A DNA stretch of 59,053 nucleotides, from positions 1 to 59,053 of the forward strand of contig DASSLA010000020.1 of NCBI GenBank assembly GCA_035689885.1, given 5' to 3'. The DNA comes from Marmoricola sp. Its GTDB lineage: Bacteria > Actinomycetota > Actinomycetes > Propionibacteriales > Nocardioidaceae. Under the pieces are notes generated by a model. The model was given only the letters and a program-made list of their open reading frames with translations, was not told the origin of the DNA and ran no database searches. Position numbers and translations under genes: made by a program. Of the stretch, positions 9,758 through 18,913 are shown piece after piece; the stretch's first letter is position 1, and every line of letters begins with the position of its first letter.

Positions 9758-9837
9758 TCACGCACTCTGGTCACAACAGTGCACAAAAGTAACGCACGTT
9801 TCGGCGTGTTGGTCCAATAAATCTGAAATCGGACGTG

Positions 9838-10704
9838 CTACGAGAGCCCACGAGCGGTGCGAATCAGGCCCTCCTGCGCGACGTTGGCGACCAGTGCGCC
9901 GTCGCGGGTGAAGACCCGCGCGAAGGTGAGTCCGCGCCCTCCGGAGGCCGACGGAGAGGCCTGGTCGTAGAGCCACCACTCATCGGCGCGGAACGGCCGG
10001 TGGAACCACACGGCGTGGTCGAGCGAGGCGGCCTGGACCTCCGGCGTACCGAGGTAGAGGCCGTGCGGGACCAGCGTGGCCCCGAGCAGTGTCATGTCGC
10101 TGGCGTAGGTGAACGCGGCGGTGTGCGACAGGGCGTCGTCGGGCAGTCGCCCGTTGACGCGGATCCACAGCCGGACGTTCGCAGCGGACCCGGGGACCGA
10201 GATCGTGCCGCCGGGCCGGGAGTCGCCGGCGTGGCGCACCTCGAGGGCCGCCCACTCCTGCTGCCAGGCCTCGGAGTCCTCCCCGGTGCCGGGGATGACG
10301 TCACTCAGTGGCGGGCACTCCTCGGGGTCCGGCACGTCAGGCATGGCGTCCTGGTGGTCGAGGCCCTTCTCGGCGACCTGGAAGTTCGCGCTCAGCACGA
10401 AGATGGGCCGACCGTGCTGGCGCGCGAGCACCCTCCGGGTGGCGAAGCTGCGCCCCTCCCGCAGGGTCTCGACGTCGTAGACGATCGGCACGTTGGTGTC
10501 GCCGGGGCGCAGGAAGTAGGAGTGCAGCGAGTGCACCGCGTAGCGCTCCGGAACGGTGCGGCTGGCGGCGACCAAAGCGTGGGCGGCCACCTGGCCACCG
10601 AAGACCCGCTGCATCATCGTGTCCGGCTGCTGGCCCCGGAACAGGTTGGCCTCGATCACCTCGAGGTCGAGCAGCGCGACCAGCTCCTCGACCGAGCGCG
10701 GCAC
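9838..10704 (-). CDS. tesB: Acyl-CoA thioesterase II
   Basis: RVFGGQV, HSLHSYFLRPG, YASDMTLL, ASLDHAVWFH, VAQEGLIR. Confidence 0.93.
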   Translation of the reverse strand: MPRSVEELVALLDLEVIEANLFRGQQPDTMMQRVFGGQVAAHALVAASRTVPERYAVHSLHSYFLRPGDTNVPIVYDVETLREGRSFATRRVLARQHGRPIFVLSANFQVAEKGLDHQDAMPDVPDPEECPPLSDVIPGTGEDSEAWQQEWAALEVRHAGDSRPGGTISVPGSAANVRLWIRVNGRLPDDALSHTAAFTYASDMTLLGATLVPHGLYLGTPEVQAASLDHAVWFHRPFRADEWWLYDQASPSASGGRGLTFARVFTRDGALVANVAQEGLIRTARGLS

Positions 10705-10705
10705 C

Positions 10706-11626
10706 TCAGTCGCCTTCCGGCTCTTCGAGGCGGGCCAGGAACTGCTCGAACTGAGCCCCCAGCTCCTCGCCGCTCGGCAGCGGCTCGTCCTCGGCGAGCA
10801 GGTTGGCCGCCTGGCTGTGGAAGGCGTCGTACTGCTGCTCGAGCCCGGCCACCACGTCGCGGACGTCGTCGGAGTCCGCGATCTGGGTGGCGATCTCGAC
10901 CTGGCGGGCCTCCCCCGCCTCCTTGAGCTCGGCGAGGTCCCACTGCAGCCCGGTGACGTCCTCGACTCCCTCGAGCAACGTGACCGAGGCCTGCGGGTAG
11001 TCGAGCTGCGCGACGTAGTGCGGGATGTGCGCGACGAAGCCCATCGCGTCGTGGTCCCACTCGCCGAGGCGCAGCTCGAGCAGCGACTCGGCGCTGGCCG
11101 GCACCCGGATCTCGCCCTTCCAGACGTTCTCCTGCACCAGCAGCCGCTGCCGCGTGGCGTGGTTGGTCAGCTGCACCGGACGCGTGTGCGGCACCGCCAT
11201 CGGTACCGAGCCGAGCGAGACCACGAGCCGTACGTCGAAGTGCTCCACCACGGCGCGTACGGCCCGCGCGAAAGCCTCCCAGCGGATGTCGGGCTCCGGC
11301 CCGGTCAGCAGCAGGTACGACGCGCCGTGGTCGTCCTCGAGCAGCCGCACCACCAGGCGCGGCGCCTCGTAGTCGGCGTAGTGGTCCTCGGAGAAGGTCA
11401 TCGGTGGGCGGCGCGCGCGGTAGTCGTAGAACTCGTCGACCTCGAGGCTCGCCACCACGCGGCCGAAGCCCGAGCGGGTGAGGTGGGCGGCGGCGAGGGC
11501 AGCGGCGTTGCCCGCGTCGAGGAACCCGGACAGGGACACCACGAGCACCGGACCGTCGCCGTCCGGACGGTCACTCCGGAGCTCGGGGACGTCGTCCACG
11601 ATGTGCACGAAGCGTGCCTCGGTCAC
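10706..11626 (-). CDS. PAC2 (proteasome assembly chaperone-like) family protein
   Basis: GFLDAG, DYRARRPPM, GPEPDIRW, PMAVPHTRP, HIPHYVAQ; GGAGGAG RBS before GTG 11626. Confidence 0.85.
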   Translation of the reverse strand: MTEARFVHIVDDVPELRSDRPDGDGPVLVVSLSGFLDAGNAAALAAAHLTRSGFGRVVASLEVDEFYDYRARRPPMTFSEDHYADYEAPRLVVRLLEDDHGASYLLLTGPEPDIRWEAFARAVRAVVEHFDVRLVVSLGSVPMAVPHTRPVQLTNHATRQRLLVQENVWKGEIRVPASAESLLELRLGEWDHDAMGFVAHIPHYVAQLDYPQASVTLLEGVEDVTGLQWDLAELKEAGEARQVEIATQIADSDDVRDVVAGLEQQYDAFHSQAANLLAEDEPLPSGEELGAQFEQFLARLEEPEGD

Positions 11627-11728
11627 TTGTCTCCTCCATGTCGGCTGGGCGGCCGTTGCCACCCTAGTGGCCAACACCGCCGGACCCGCCGCTATGCCCG
11701 AGGAGTCCGCGTTCGAGAGCCGCGACAG

Positions 11729-13036
11729 TCAGCCGTAGATGCTGCGGATCCGCGCCGCCGCCTGCCGAGCGAGCTCGCGGTTGTCCATGCCGAGCACCTC
11801 GAGCAGCACCGCATCCTGGGCCCGGTCGCGGGTGCCGCGGCCGCCGTCGTGCATCGCCTCGACCAGCTCCCAGACCTTGCCCTCTCCCCTGGTCTGGGCG
11901 ATCAGGTCGAAGGCCATCCAGCTCAGCGCGTAGTTCCACTCCTGCTCGGCACCGTTGAACCCCTTGGACGCCGGCATGGCGAGGTCCTGGCCCTGGGCCT
12001 CGGCCAGCGCGGACGTGGGGATGATCCGCCTGCCGGCGGGGACGGGACGCGCACCGAGGTACTCCGCGAGCCCCTCCGAGACCCAGGTGGGGACGCCGTC
12101 GTCGCGCGATCCGATCGCGACGTGGCTCAGCTCGTGGCGGGAGATGCGGCCGAGGAACGGCTGGCCGGCCCGTACCGAGCTGGGCAGCAGCAGCATCCGG
12201 GTGGAGGCAACCTTGTCCCTGCGCGCGGTGGCGTACTCCGGGAACGTCATCGCGCCGAGGTGGGTGATGACGCCCCCGGGCACGTCGGTGAACGAGGACA
12301 ACACCCTGGTGCTGCCGACGTGGTAGACGACCACCCGCCCGTCCCAGTCGAACGGCAGGGCGTCCTCGAGGTCCCCCATCCCCTGGCTCACCGCGGCGGT
12401 GACCGCGTCGGCTGAGGACCTCGTACGCCGATCGAGCACGGCCAGCACCCCGGGCGCCTCGCGCACCGTGATCGCGGTGATGTCCCAGGGCGCCAGCGGA
12501 CCCTCCGCCAGCCGCTCACCGTCGCGGGTCTGGTCGGAGACGATCGCGGCCCGCCCGTCCGCGTGCGAGAACACGAACCCGACGATGCGTCGCACCGGGA
12601 CGGCGTCGTAGCCCTCGAGCTGGAGGGACACCCTCACCTTGGGGATCCGCACGTCCTCGCCCCAGTCCGGCGCGAGGGCGAGGCCCGTCCACTGCGCCGG
12701 CAGCACCTTGTAGCCGAAGCGCTGGATGGGGAGCTGCTGGAGGTTGCGGAAGTAGCGCCGCTGGCGGGACACGAGCCCGCGGTCGGAGCGGTCGACGTGT
12801 CGCAGGAAGAGCGCCAGGTTGCCGCTGCGTACGGCGCGGGCGCGCTGCCCCAGGATGCGCTGCTCGGTCCGCATCGCCTGGGCCGTGGAGATCCCCGGAT
12901 CGACCGGGGTGCCCGAGGGTTCGTCGTCGTCCTGGCAGCCGGCCAGCAGGCCGGCCGCGAGCACCAGCGCGACGAGCAGCGCCGGCAGGCGCCGGGGCTC
13001 AGTCCCCCTGGCCGCGCTCGACCACGTGCTCCACAT
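11729..13036 (-). CDS. Lipoprotein with HExxH zinc-peptidase (MA-like) domain
   Basis: Lipobox LLAGC; RHELSHVA...WVSEGLAEY; start uncertain. Confidence 0.7.
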   Translation of the reverse strand: MWSTWSSAARGTEPRRLPALLVALVLAAGLLAGCQDDDEPSGTPVDPGISTAQAMRTEQRILGQRARAVRSGNLALFLRHVDRSDRGLVSRQRRYFRNLQQLPIQRFGYKVLPAQWTGLALAPDWGEDVRIPKVRVSLQLEGYDAVPVRRIVGFVFSHADGRAAIVSDQTRDGERLAEGPLAPWDITAITVREAPGVLAVLDRRTRSSADAVTAAVSQGMGDLEDALPFDWDGRVVVYHVGSTRVLSSFTDVPGGVITHLGAMTFPEYATARRDKVASTRMLLLPSSVRAGQPFLGRISRHELSHVAIGSRDDGVPTWVSEGLAEYLGARPVPAGRRIIPTSALAEAQGQDLAMPASKGFNGAEQEWNYALSWMAFDLIAQTRGEGKVWELVEAMHDGGRGTRDRAQDAVLLEVLGMDNRELARQAAARIRSIYG

Positions 13037-14930
13037 GGCTGTCCAGCGCGGGCTGCTCGCCCCGGTCGAGGGCGGTGACGTCCTCGACGATGCCGCGAGC
13101 GAGCGACTGTGCCGTGAGGCCGATCCGCCGGAGGATCGCGTCACGCTTGGCATGGTCGAGGAACTCCTGCGGGATCCCGTGCTGGCGGTAGGGGGTGGTC
13201 ACGCGCTCGTCGTTGAGCAGCTGCAGCAGCGTCGTACCGCATCCTCCGACCCTGCCATTGTCCTCAACGCAGACCACCAGCCGATGGTCACGGGCGAGGT
13301 CGACGATCGCGGGGTCCCACGGCTTGACCCAGCGCGGGTCCACCACGGTCACGCCGATGCCCTGGTCTGCGAGGCGGGCGGCCACCTCGACCCCGAGCGG
13401 CGCCATCGGCCCCACGCCCACGATCAGCACGTCACGGGCGCCGTCGCGGACGAGCACGTCCATCGAGCCGGCCTTGTCGACGGCCTCGATGTCGTCACCG
13501 GGCGGGCCCTTCGGAAGGCGTACGACGGTGGGCGCGTCGTTCACCGCCACCGCCTCGCGGAGCAGCTCGCGCACCCGGGCGCCGTCGCGCGGGGCAGCCA
13601 GATGCAGGCCGGGGACGACCTGGAGCACGGACATGTCCCACATGCCGTTGTGGCTGGCGCCGTCGTCGCCGGTGACCCCGGCTCGGTCGAGCACGAAGGT
13701 CACGCCGCAGCGGTGCAGCGCCACGTCCATCAGCACCTGGTCGAAGGCGCGGTTGAGGAACGTCGCGTAGATGGCCACCACCGGGTGCAGCCCGCCCATG
13801 GCCAGGCCGGCGGCGCTGGTCACGGCGTGCTGCTCGGCGATGCCCACGTCGAAGGTGCGCTCGGGGTAGGCCGCGGCGAACCTGTCCAGGCCCACCGGGT
13901 AGAGCATGGCGGCGGTGATGGCCACCAGGTCCTTGCGCTCGGCGCCGAGAGTCACCATCTCCTCGGCGAAGAAGTCGGTCCAGATGCGTCCCTTGGGGGT
14001 GCCCACGCCGGTCTCGACGTCGAAGGGGCCGATCTGGTGGAACTGGTCGGTCTCGTGCCGCTCGGCGGGGTCGTAGCCGAACCCCTTGCGGGTCATCACG
14101 TGCACGATCACCGGCCCGCCGAACTTCTTGGCCTGGGTGAGCGCCTGCTCGACTGCCGGACGGTCGTGGCCGTCGATGGGCCCGACGTACTTCAGGCCGA
14201 GGTCCTCGAAGAGCCCCTGCGGCGCGAGCGCGTCCTTCATGCCCTTCTTCATGGCGTGCAGCGCGTCGTACACCGCCGGCCCGACGCCGCGGACGCCGTT
14301 GAGGCGGCGCTTGACCAGGTCGAGGATCTGCTCGTAGCGGGGACTGGTGCGCAGCGTGGTCAGGTGGTTGGCCAGGCCACCGACGGTCGGCATGTAGGAG
14401 CGGCCGTTGTCGTTGACGATCATGACCAGGCGCCGGTCGTCGCCCTCGGCGATGTTGTTCAGCGCCTCCCAGGCCATCCCGCCGGTGAGGGCGCCGTCGC
14501 CGATGACCGCGACGACGTGGCGGTCCTCGCCGCGGATCGCGTAGGCCTTCGCCAGCCCGTCGGCGTAGGACAGCGAGGTGGAGGCGTGGGAGTTCTCCAC
14601 GATGTCGTGCTCGGACTCCGCGCGGCTCGGGTACCCCGAGAGCCCGCCCTCGGCGCGCAGCGTGTCGAAGCGGGAGGCGCGCCCGGTGAGCATCTTGTGC
14701 ACGTAGGCCTGGTGGCCGGTGTCGAAGATCACCCGGTCGCGGGGGGAGTCGAAGACCCGGTGGATCGCCATCGTCAGCTCAACCACACCGAGGTTGGGAC
14801 CGAGGTGGCCGCCGCGCGGCGCGCAGGTCCGCACCAGCTCGTCCCGGATCTCCGAGGCCAGCGCCTCCAACTGGTGGTCGTCGAGGGACCGCAGGTCACG
14901 CGGTCCGGTCAGACCTTCCAGCAGTCCCAT
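12999..14930 (-). CDS. dxs: 1-deoxy-D-xylulose-5-phosphate synthase
   Basis: [42 protein letters not shown]; AGGAGG RBS. Confidence 0.96.
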   Translation of the reverse strand: MGLLEGLTGPRDLRSLDDHQLEALASEIRDELVRTCAPRGGHLGPNLGVVELTMAIHRVFDSPRDRVIFDTGHQAYVHKMLTGRASRFDTLRAEGGLSGYPSRAESEHDIVENSHASTSLSYADGLAKAYAIRGEDRHVVAVIGDGALTGGMAWEALNNIAEGDDRRLVMIVNDNGRSYMPTVGGLANHLTTLRTSPRYEQILDLVKRRLNGVRGVGPAVYDALHAMKKGMKDALAPQGLFEDLGLKYVGPIDGHDRPAVEQALTQAKKFGGPVIVHVMTRKGFGYDPAERHETDQFHQIGPFDVETGVGTPKGRIWTDFFAEEMVTLGAERKDLVAITAAMLYPVGLDRFAAAYPERTFDVGIAEQHAVTSAAGLAMGGLHPVVAIYATFLNRAFDQVLMDVALHRCGVTFVLDRAGVTGDDGASHNGMWDMSVLQVVPGLHLAAPRDGARVRELLREAVAVNDAPTVVRLPKGPPGDDIEAVDKAGSMDVLVRDGARDVLIVGVGPMAPLGVEVAARLADQGIGVTVVDPRWVKPWDPAIVDLARDHRLVVCVEDNGRVGGCGTTLLQLLNDERVTTPYRQHGIPQEFLDHAKRDAILRRIGLTAQSLARGIVEDVTALDRGEQPALDSHVEHVVERGQGD

Positions 14931-15036
14931 GCAGCCTCCTGTGCGAGACGCGCGCTCACCCTGCTGGCGAGACGCTGAGCGTCATCGGCCCAGTCTAGGA
15001 GAAGGCCGGGCACGCGCCACCGCCGCGGCAGGCCGC

Positions 15037-15975
15037 TCAGAGGCTCACCACGGCCACGGCCGGCTCGTGCAGGCTGCCGAACCACACCTCGCCGTCGTGC
15101 TCGCGCACGCCGGTGGCCATGTGGTAGTCGCTGGGGTCCGCGACCACGTCGTGGACCAGACGTCCGTCGGGGTCGAACGCCTGGGCGCGCACGGTGCGCT
15201 TCGGCGCGGGCTGGACGGCCTCGGGCAGCCGGGTGACGAGCTTGCGGACGAACAGCGGGGCGCGGGCGCGCAGCTGCTCGACGACCGGGTCGATCGGCGA
15301 GGCGACGGTCACCCAGATCAGCCCGTCGCTGCCTGTGGAGATGTTGTCGGGATAGCCGGGCAGGTCCCCGACCAACAGGTCACTGGTACCGGCCAGCAAG
15401 CCGCCGAGCCAGAGGCGTACGACGGTGCGGCCGGCGGACTCCGCGACGCAGACGTAGCTCTCGTCGGGCGCGAGCGCGACCCCGTTGGCGAACGCCAGTC
15501 CGTCGAGGTGGACCTGCACCGTCCCGTCGGCGCGGCGGCAGAGCAGCCGCCCGGTGCGGGGGTTCTCGACGAAGTCGGCCTTCCAGTCCTCGATCCCGTA
15601 GACGGTGCTGGAGTCGGAGAACCAGATGTCGCCGTTGGCGGCCACCGCTGCGTTGTTGCAGAACTTCATCGGTACGCCGTCCACCTCGCGCAGCAGCGTC
15701 TCCACCGCACCCTTCTCGTCGACGGCGAGCAGGCCGGCCCGCGCGTCGCACACCAGGATGCGGCCGTCCGGGAGCAGCTCGAGCCCCAGCGGCCGGCCGC
15801 CGGTGTCGGCGACCTTCTCGAACTTCGAGCCGTCGGGCGAGATCCGGAAGATGCTGCCGTCCTCGGTGCCGGTCCAGACCTTCCCTTCGGCGTCGACCAG
15901 GACGTCCTCGGCCCCGTTGCCGGGCACCTGGATGCGGCGGAGCGGGCGCGGACGGTCGGACTGTGGCTGGCTCAC
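15037..15975 (-). CDS. SMP-30/gluconolactonase/strictosidine synthase-like beta-propeller
   Basis: GAEDV, GGRPLGL, FCNN, LAFANGV, LPGYPDNI; GTGA overlap with NUDIX stop. Confidence 0.85.
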   Translation of the reverse strand: MSQPQSDRPRPLRRIQVPGNGAEDVLVDAEGKVWTGTEDGSIFRISPDGSKFEKVADTGGRPLGLELLPDGRILVCDARAGLLAVDEKGAVETLLREVDGVPMKFCNNAAVAANGDIWFSDSSTVYGIEDWKADFVENPRTGRLLCRRADGTVQVHLDGLAFANGVALAPDESYVCVAESAGRTVVRLWLGGLLAGTSDLLVGDLPGYPDNISTGSDGLIWVTVASPIDPVVEQLRARAPLFVRKLVTRLPEAVQPAPKRTVRAQAFDPDGRLVHDVVADPSDYHMATGVREHDGEVWFGSLHEPAVAVVSL

Positions 15976-16409
15976 GAGGTCTCCTGTTCGACGAGTCGGC
16001 GGTAGAGGTCGCTGTCGAGGAACCGCGGGAGGAAGTGCGCGCACGACTCGGCCATCTCGAGCCGCCGCGCCTCCACTGGGTCGACGAAGACGATCGCGCG
16101 GCCCTCGCCGAGCACGATGTCGTCGTCGGTCAGGTCCGTGCGTCCGGCGTACACCCGGTAGTGACCGCGATGGCCGTCGCTGTAGGTGAACTCGGTGTCC
16201 TGCCACACATGCAGGTCACTGGGCCCGGCCACGATGCCGGTCTCCTCCTCGAGCTCGCGCACCATGGCGGTGTCGAAGTCCTCGCCCGACTCGACGTGGC
16301 CACCGACGATCCCCCACACACCCGGCGCGCGGGGAGCGTGCTCGTCGCGGTGCTGGAGCAGCACGTGGCCGCGGCCGTCGACCAGGTAGGCGACTGCGAT
16401 GCGGACCAT
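15972..16409 (-). CDS. NUDIX hydrolase
   Basis: Nudix box GGHVESGEDFDTAMVRELEEETG. Confidence 0.9.
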   Translation of the reverse strand: MVRIAVAYLVDGRGHVLLQHRDEHAPRAPGVWGIVGGHVESGEDFDTAMVRELEEETGIVAGPSDLHVWQDTEFTYSDGHRGHYRVYAGRTDLTDDDIVLGEGRAIVFVDPVEARRLEMAESCAHFLPRFLDSDLYRRLVEQETS

Positions 16410-16451
16410 TCGGCCACCCTAGGACCCCGCTCCCCCGTGCCGGGGAGGGGT

Positions 16452-16835
16452 CTACAGCCTGGCCACGAACCGGCGACCGCGGAGCGCCTCCTCGACGAGG
16501 CCGACGGCCCGGCGTACGCCGATCAGGCGGGCCGCCTCGCGCTCCCACGCCTGCACGGCCGCGTCGACGACGTCACCCGAGGCCACCGCGCGCAGGTCGG
16601 CGCGGGCCTGGCTCAGCCCACGCTCGACGGCTGCCTGCGAGGCCTCGACGTGGAACAGCGCGAACCGGGCGAGCACGACGACGTGGCGCCGGATCGCGGG
16701 GTAGGTGCGGTACTCCGGCGGGCACTGGTCGAGCAGCCAGGCCGCGGCGGTCGCCTCCCAGTCGGGCGCATCGGGAGGTCGTACGGCGGGCGGCCACCCG
16801 GGCGGGGTGACGAGCCTGGTCGGGTTCGTGGACAC
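16452..16835 (-). CDS. Small hypothetical protein, probably SOS-regulated
   Basis: Coding-like, helical C-terminus; TACGAT -10 six nt before GTG; LexA box upstream. Confidence 0.7.
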   Translation of the reverse strand: MSTNPTRLVTPPGWPPAVRPPDAPDWEATAAAWLLDQCPPEYRTYPAIRRHVVVLARFALFHVEASQAAVERGLSQARADLRAVASGDVVDAAVQAWEREAARLIGVRRAVGLVEEALRGRRFVARL

Positions 16836-16855
16836 GGGCAGATCGTAGCCGGAGA

Positions 16856-16871
16856 TCGAACACCTGTTCGA
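16856..16871. promoter_or_regulatory. LexA (SOS) box
   Basis: TCGAAC-ACCT-GTTCGA, perfect match to actinobacterial TCGAAC-N4-GTTCGA. Confidence 0.85.
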
Positions 16872-16987
16872 ACGAAGTAGACCAGTATCCGATTCGCACT
16901 AGACCAGTGCCGGACCCCGTGTCATGACCGGGGACCACGGGCGTCCCCTCAGCAGCACCCCGCCCCGGCCAACACACGAGGACCACC

Positions 16988-17413
16988 ATGGACCAGCCCC
17001 GCCGCACCACGGCACAGACCGTCACCGCCGCGGTCACGCTCGTCTCGGGCGAGCACGAGACCGAGTCGCTCGACGGCGAGTTCCGCTACGACGCGGCGGA
17101 CCCCTACGCGGTGGTCCTCACCGTGCGCACGCCCACCGGCACCGTCGTCTGGAGCTTCGCCCGCGACCTGCTGGCCGACGGCCTCTACGAGCCGGTGGGC
17201 GACGGGGACGTGCAGGTGTGGCCCTGCCTGAGCACCGAGGCCGCCGCCGTGGTGGTCATCGAGCTGCACGCCCCGGGTGGGGAGGCGCTGCTGCAGGCCT
17301 CGTCCCGCGCGGTGCAGTGGTTCGTGCGCGAGATGTACGGCCTGGTGCCGGTCGGCAGCGAGTCGGCCCACCTCGGCATCGACTCGATGCTGGAACAGCT
17401 CCTGGCCTCCTGA
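16988..17413 (+). CDS. SsgA/SsgB-like (SALP) cell division regulator
   Basis: RYDAADPYAV, WSFARDLLADGL, GDGDVQVWP, VPVGSE. Confidence 0.9.
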   Translation: MDQPRRTTAQTVTAAVTLVSGEHETESLDGEFRYDAADPYAVVLTVRTPTGTVVWSFARDLLADGLYEPVGDGDVQVWPCLSTEAAAVVVIELHAPGGEALLQASSRAVQWFVREMYGLVPVGSESAHLGIDSMLEQLLAS

Positions 17414-17433
17414 GCCAGCTCCCGGGGCGGGGC

Positions 17434-17913
17434 TCACCCCTCGCGCAGGGGTGCTCCGCGCCGGCCGTGCGACTCCGCCACGACTTCGGCGACCACGGAC
17501 AGGGCGATCTCGCCCGCCGACTTGCCACCGGTGTCCAGCCCCGCCGGCACGTGCAGCTTGTCGAGTCCCGGGGCTCCTTCGTCCCGCAGATCGGCGTGGA
17601 GCCCGGCGGCACGACCCCGGCTGGCCATCATCGCGACGTACGACGCGTCCGAGGCCATTGCGAGCCGCATGACGCGTGGAGCGTCCGGGGCGTCGTGATC
17701 GCACAGCACCACGGCGTCGCCCGGTCGCAACGAGAGCGACTCCACCTCCTCGACTCCCCGGCCGTCCTCGTCGTGCTCGACGAGCACCGTCGCGCGGCCG
17801 ACCGCTCCGGCGATCGCCGTGATCGCCTCGCTGATCGGGTTGCGTGTGAGCAGGACGATCCGGCCGCTCGGGCCACCCTCGGACCACGGCTGCTCACGCG
17901 TCGACTGCGTCAT
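17434..17913 (-). CDS. Stand-alone XdhC C-terminal Rossmann domain protein
   Basis: DAVVLCDHD, YVAMMASRGR, PAGLDTGGKSAGEIALSVVAE. Confidence 0.75.
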   Translation of the reverse strand: MTQSTREQPWSEGGPSGRIVLLTRNPISEAITAIAGAVGRATVLVEHDEDGRGVEEVESLSLRPGDAVVLCDHDAPDAPRVMRLAMASDASYVAMMASRGRAAGLHADLRDEGAPGLDKLHVPAGLDTGGKSAGEIALSVVAEVVAESHGRRGAPLREG

Positions 17914-17935
17914 GGCCCCGAAGCCTGCCACTCGC

Positions 17936-18340
17936 TCAGCCCGCGAGGAAGGAGAGCCGCACCGTGCGGACGGGGTTGTCCACGTTGAGGTCCACCAGGC
18001 AGATGCTCTGCCAGGTGCCGAGCGCCAGGGCGCCGTCGTCCACGGGGACGCTCGCGTGCGGCGGCACCACGGCGGGCATCACGTGGGACCGTCCGTGGCC
18101 GGGAGTGCCGTGCTCGTGCCGCCACCGGTCGTCAGCGGGCAGCAGGTCGCCGAGCGCCGCGAGCAGGTCGTCATCGGACCCGGAACCTGTCTCGATGATC
18201 GCGATCCCGGCCGTCGCGTGCGGCACGAACACGTGCAGCAGCCCGTCGCCCTGGCCGCGGACGAACTCCGCACAGTCGTCGGTGATGTCGAGGACGGTGT
18301 CCTGCCCACCCGTCCGGTAGCTCCGTGTCTCCGACCTCAT
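17936..18340 (-). CDS. YjbQ/UPF0047 family protein
   Basis: DITD, FVPHATAG, GHGRSHV, LGTWQSI. Confidence 0.9.
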   Translation of the reverse strand: MRSETRSYRTGGQDTVLDITDDCAEFVRGQGDGLLHVFVPHATAGIAIIETGSGSDDDLLAALGDLLPADDRWRHEHGTPGHGRSHVMPAVVPPHASVPVDDGALALGTWQSICLVDLNVDNPVRTVRLSFLAG

Positions 18341-18897
18341 TCGTACTCCTCCTCCAGCTCGGCGAGCAGCGGGTCACGCAGCCCCGCAGCGTCGTGTCGC
18401 CACCACACGTCGCGGTAGACCAGGCGCCCGGTCATCCACGACTGGTACCCGTCGAGGCGCGCCACCTGGAACGCAGGTCCCGGGACCCGGTCCGTCGGTT
18501 GCAACAGGCCGAGCCGACGAGCCGGCTCGAAGCCGCGGCTGCGGTAGTAGGCCGGGCTTCCCTCGACGAAGAGCATCGGCGCTCCCCCGGCCACCGCGGC
18601 CTCGATCGCGGCCCCCACCAAGCGCGTGCCCAGGCCGCCGATCTGATGGTCCGGCAGCACGCTCAGCGGGCTCAGCAGCCACACGTCGACGAGCTCGCGC
18701 CGCGCGTCCAGCCATGCCGGTGACAGCCCCACGTGCCCGACGACGGCCCCGTCGACCTCGGCCACGATGCTGCCCAGCACCAGCCCCTCACGCTCGAGGT
18801 CGGCCCAGATCGCCGCGACCTGGTCACCCTCGTCACCGAACGCGGCCCGGATCACACCGGCGACGTCGTCGGCCGGTGTGGCGGGGCGGAGGCTCAT
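18337..18897 (-). CDS. GNAT family N-acetyltransferase (YhbS-like)
   Basis: VVGHV, LSPLSVLPDHQIGGLG, EGSPAYYRSRGF. Confidence 0.85.
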   Translation of the reverse strand: MSLRPATPADDVAGVIRAAFGDEGDQVAAIWADLEREGLVLGSIVAEVDGAVVGHVGLSPAWLDARRELVDVWLLSPLSVLPDHQIGGLGTRLVGAAIEAAVAGGAPMLFVEGSPAYYRSRGFEPARRLGLLQPTDRVPGPAFQVARLDGYQSWMTGRLVYRDVWWRHDAAGLRDPLLAELEEEYE

Positions 18898-18913
18898 GCC
18901 CCCCAGCGTGGCA

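Noticed and set aside
9801-9811. CGGCGTGTTG near-match to the CGGCGTGTCG core
   Set aside because: One mismatch and no flanking inverted arms; may be chance or a promoter element.
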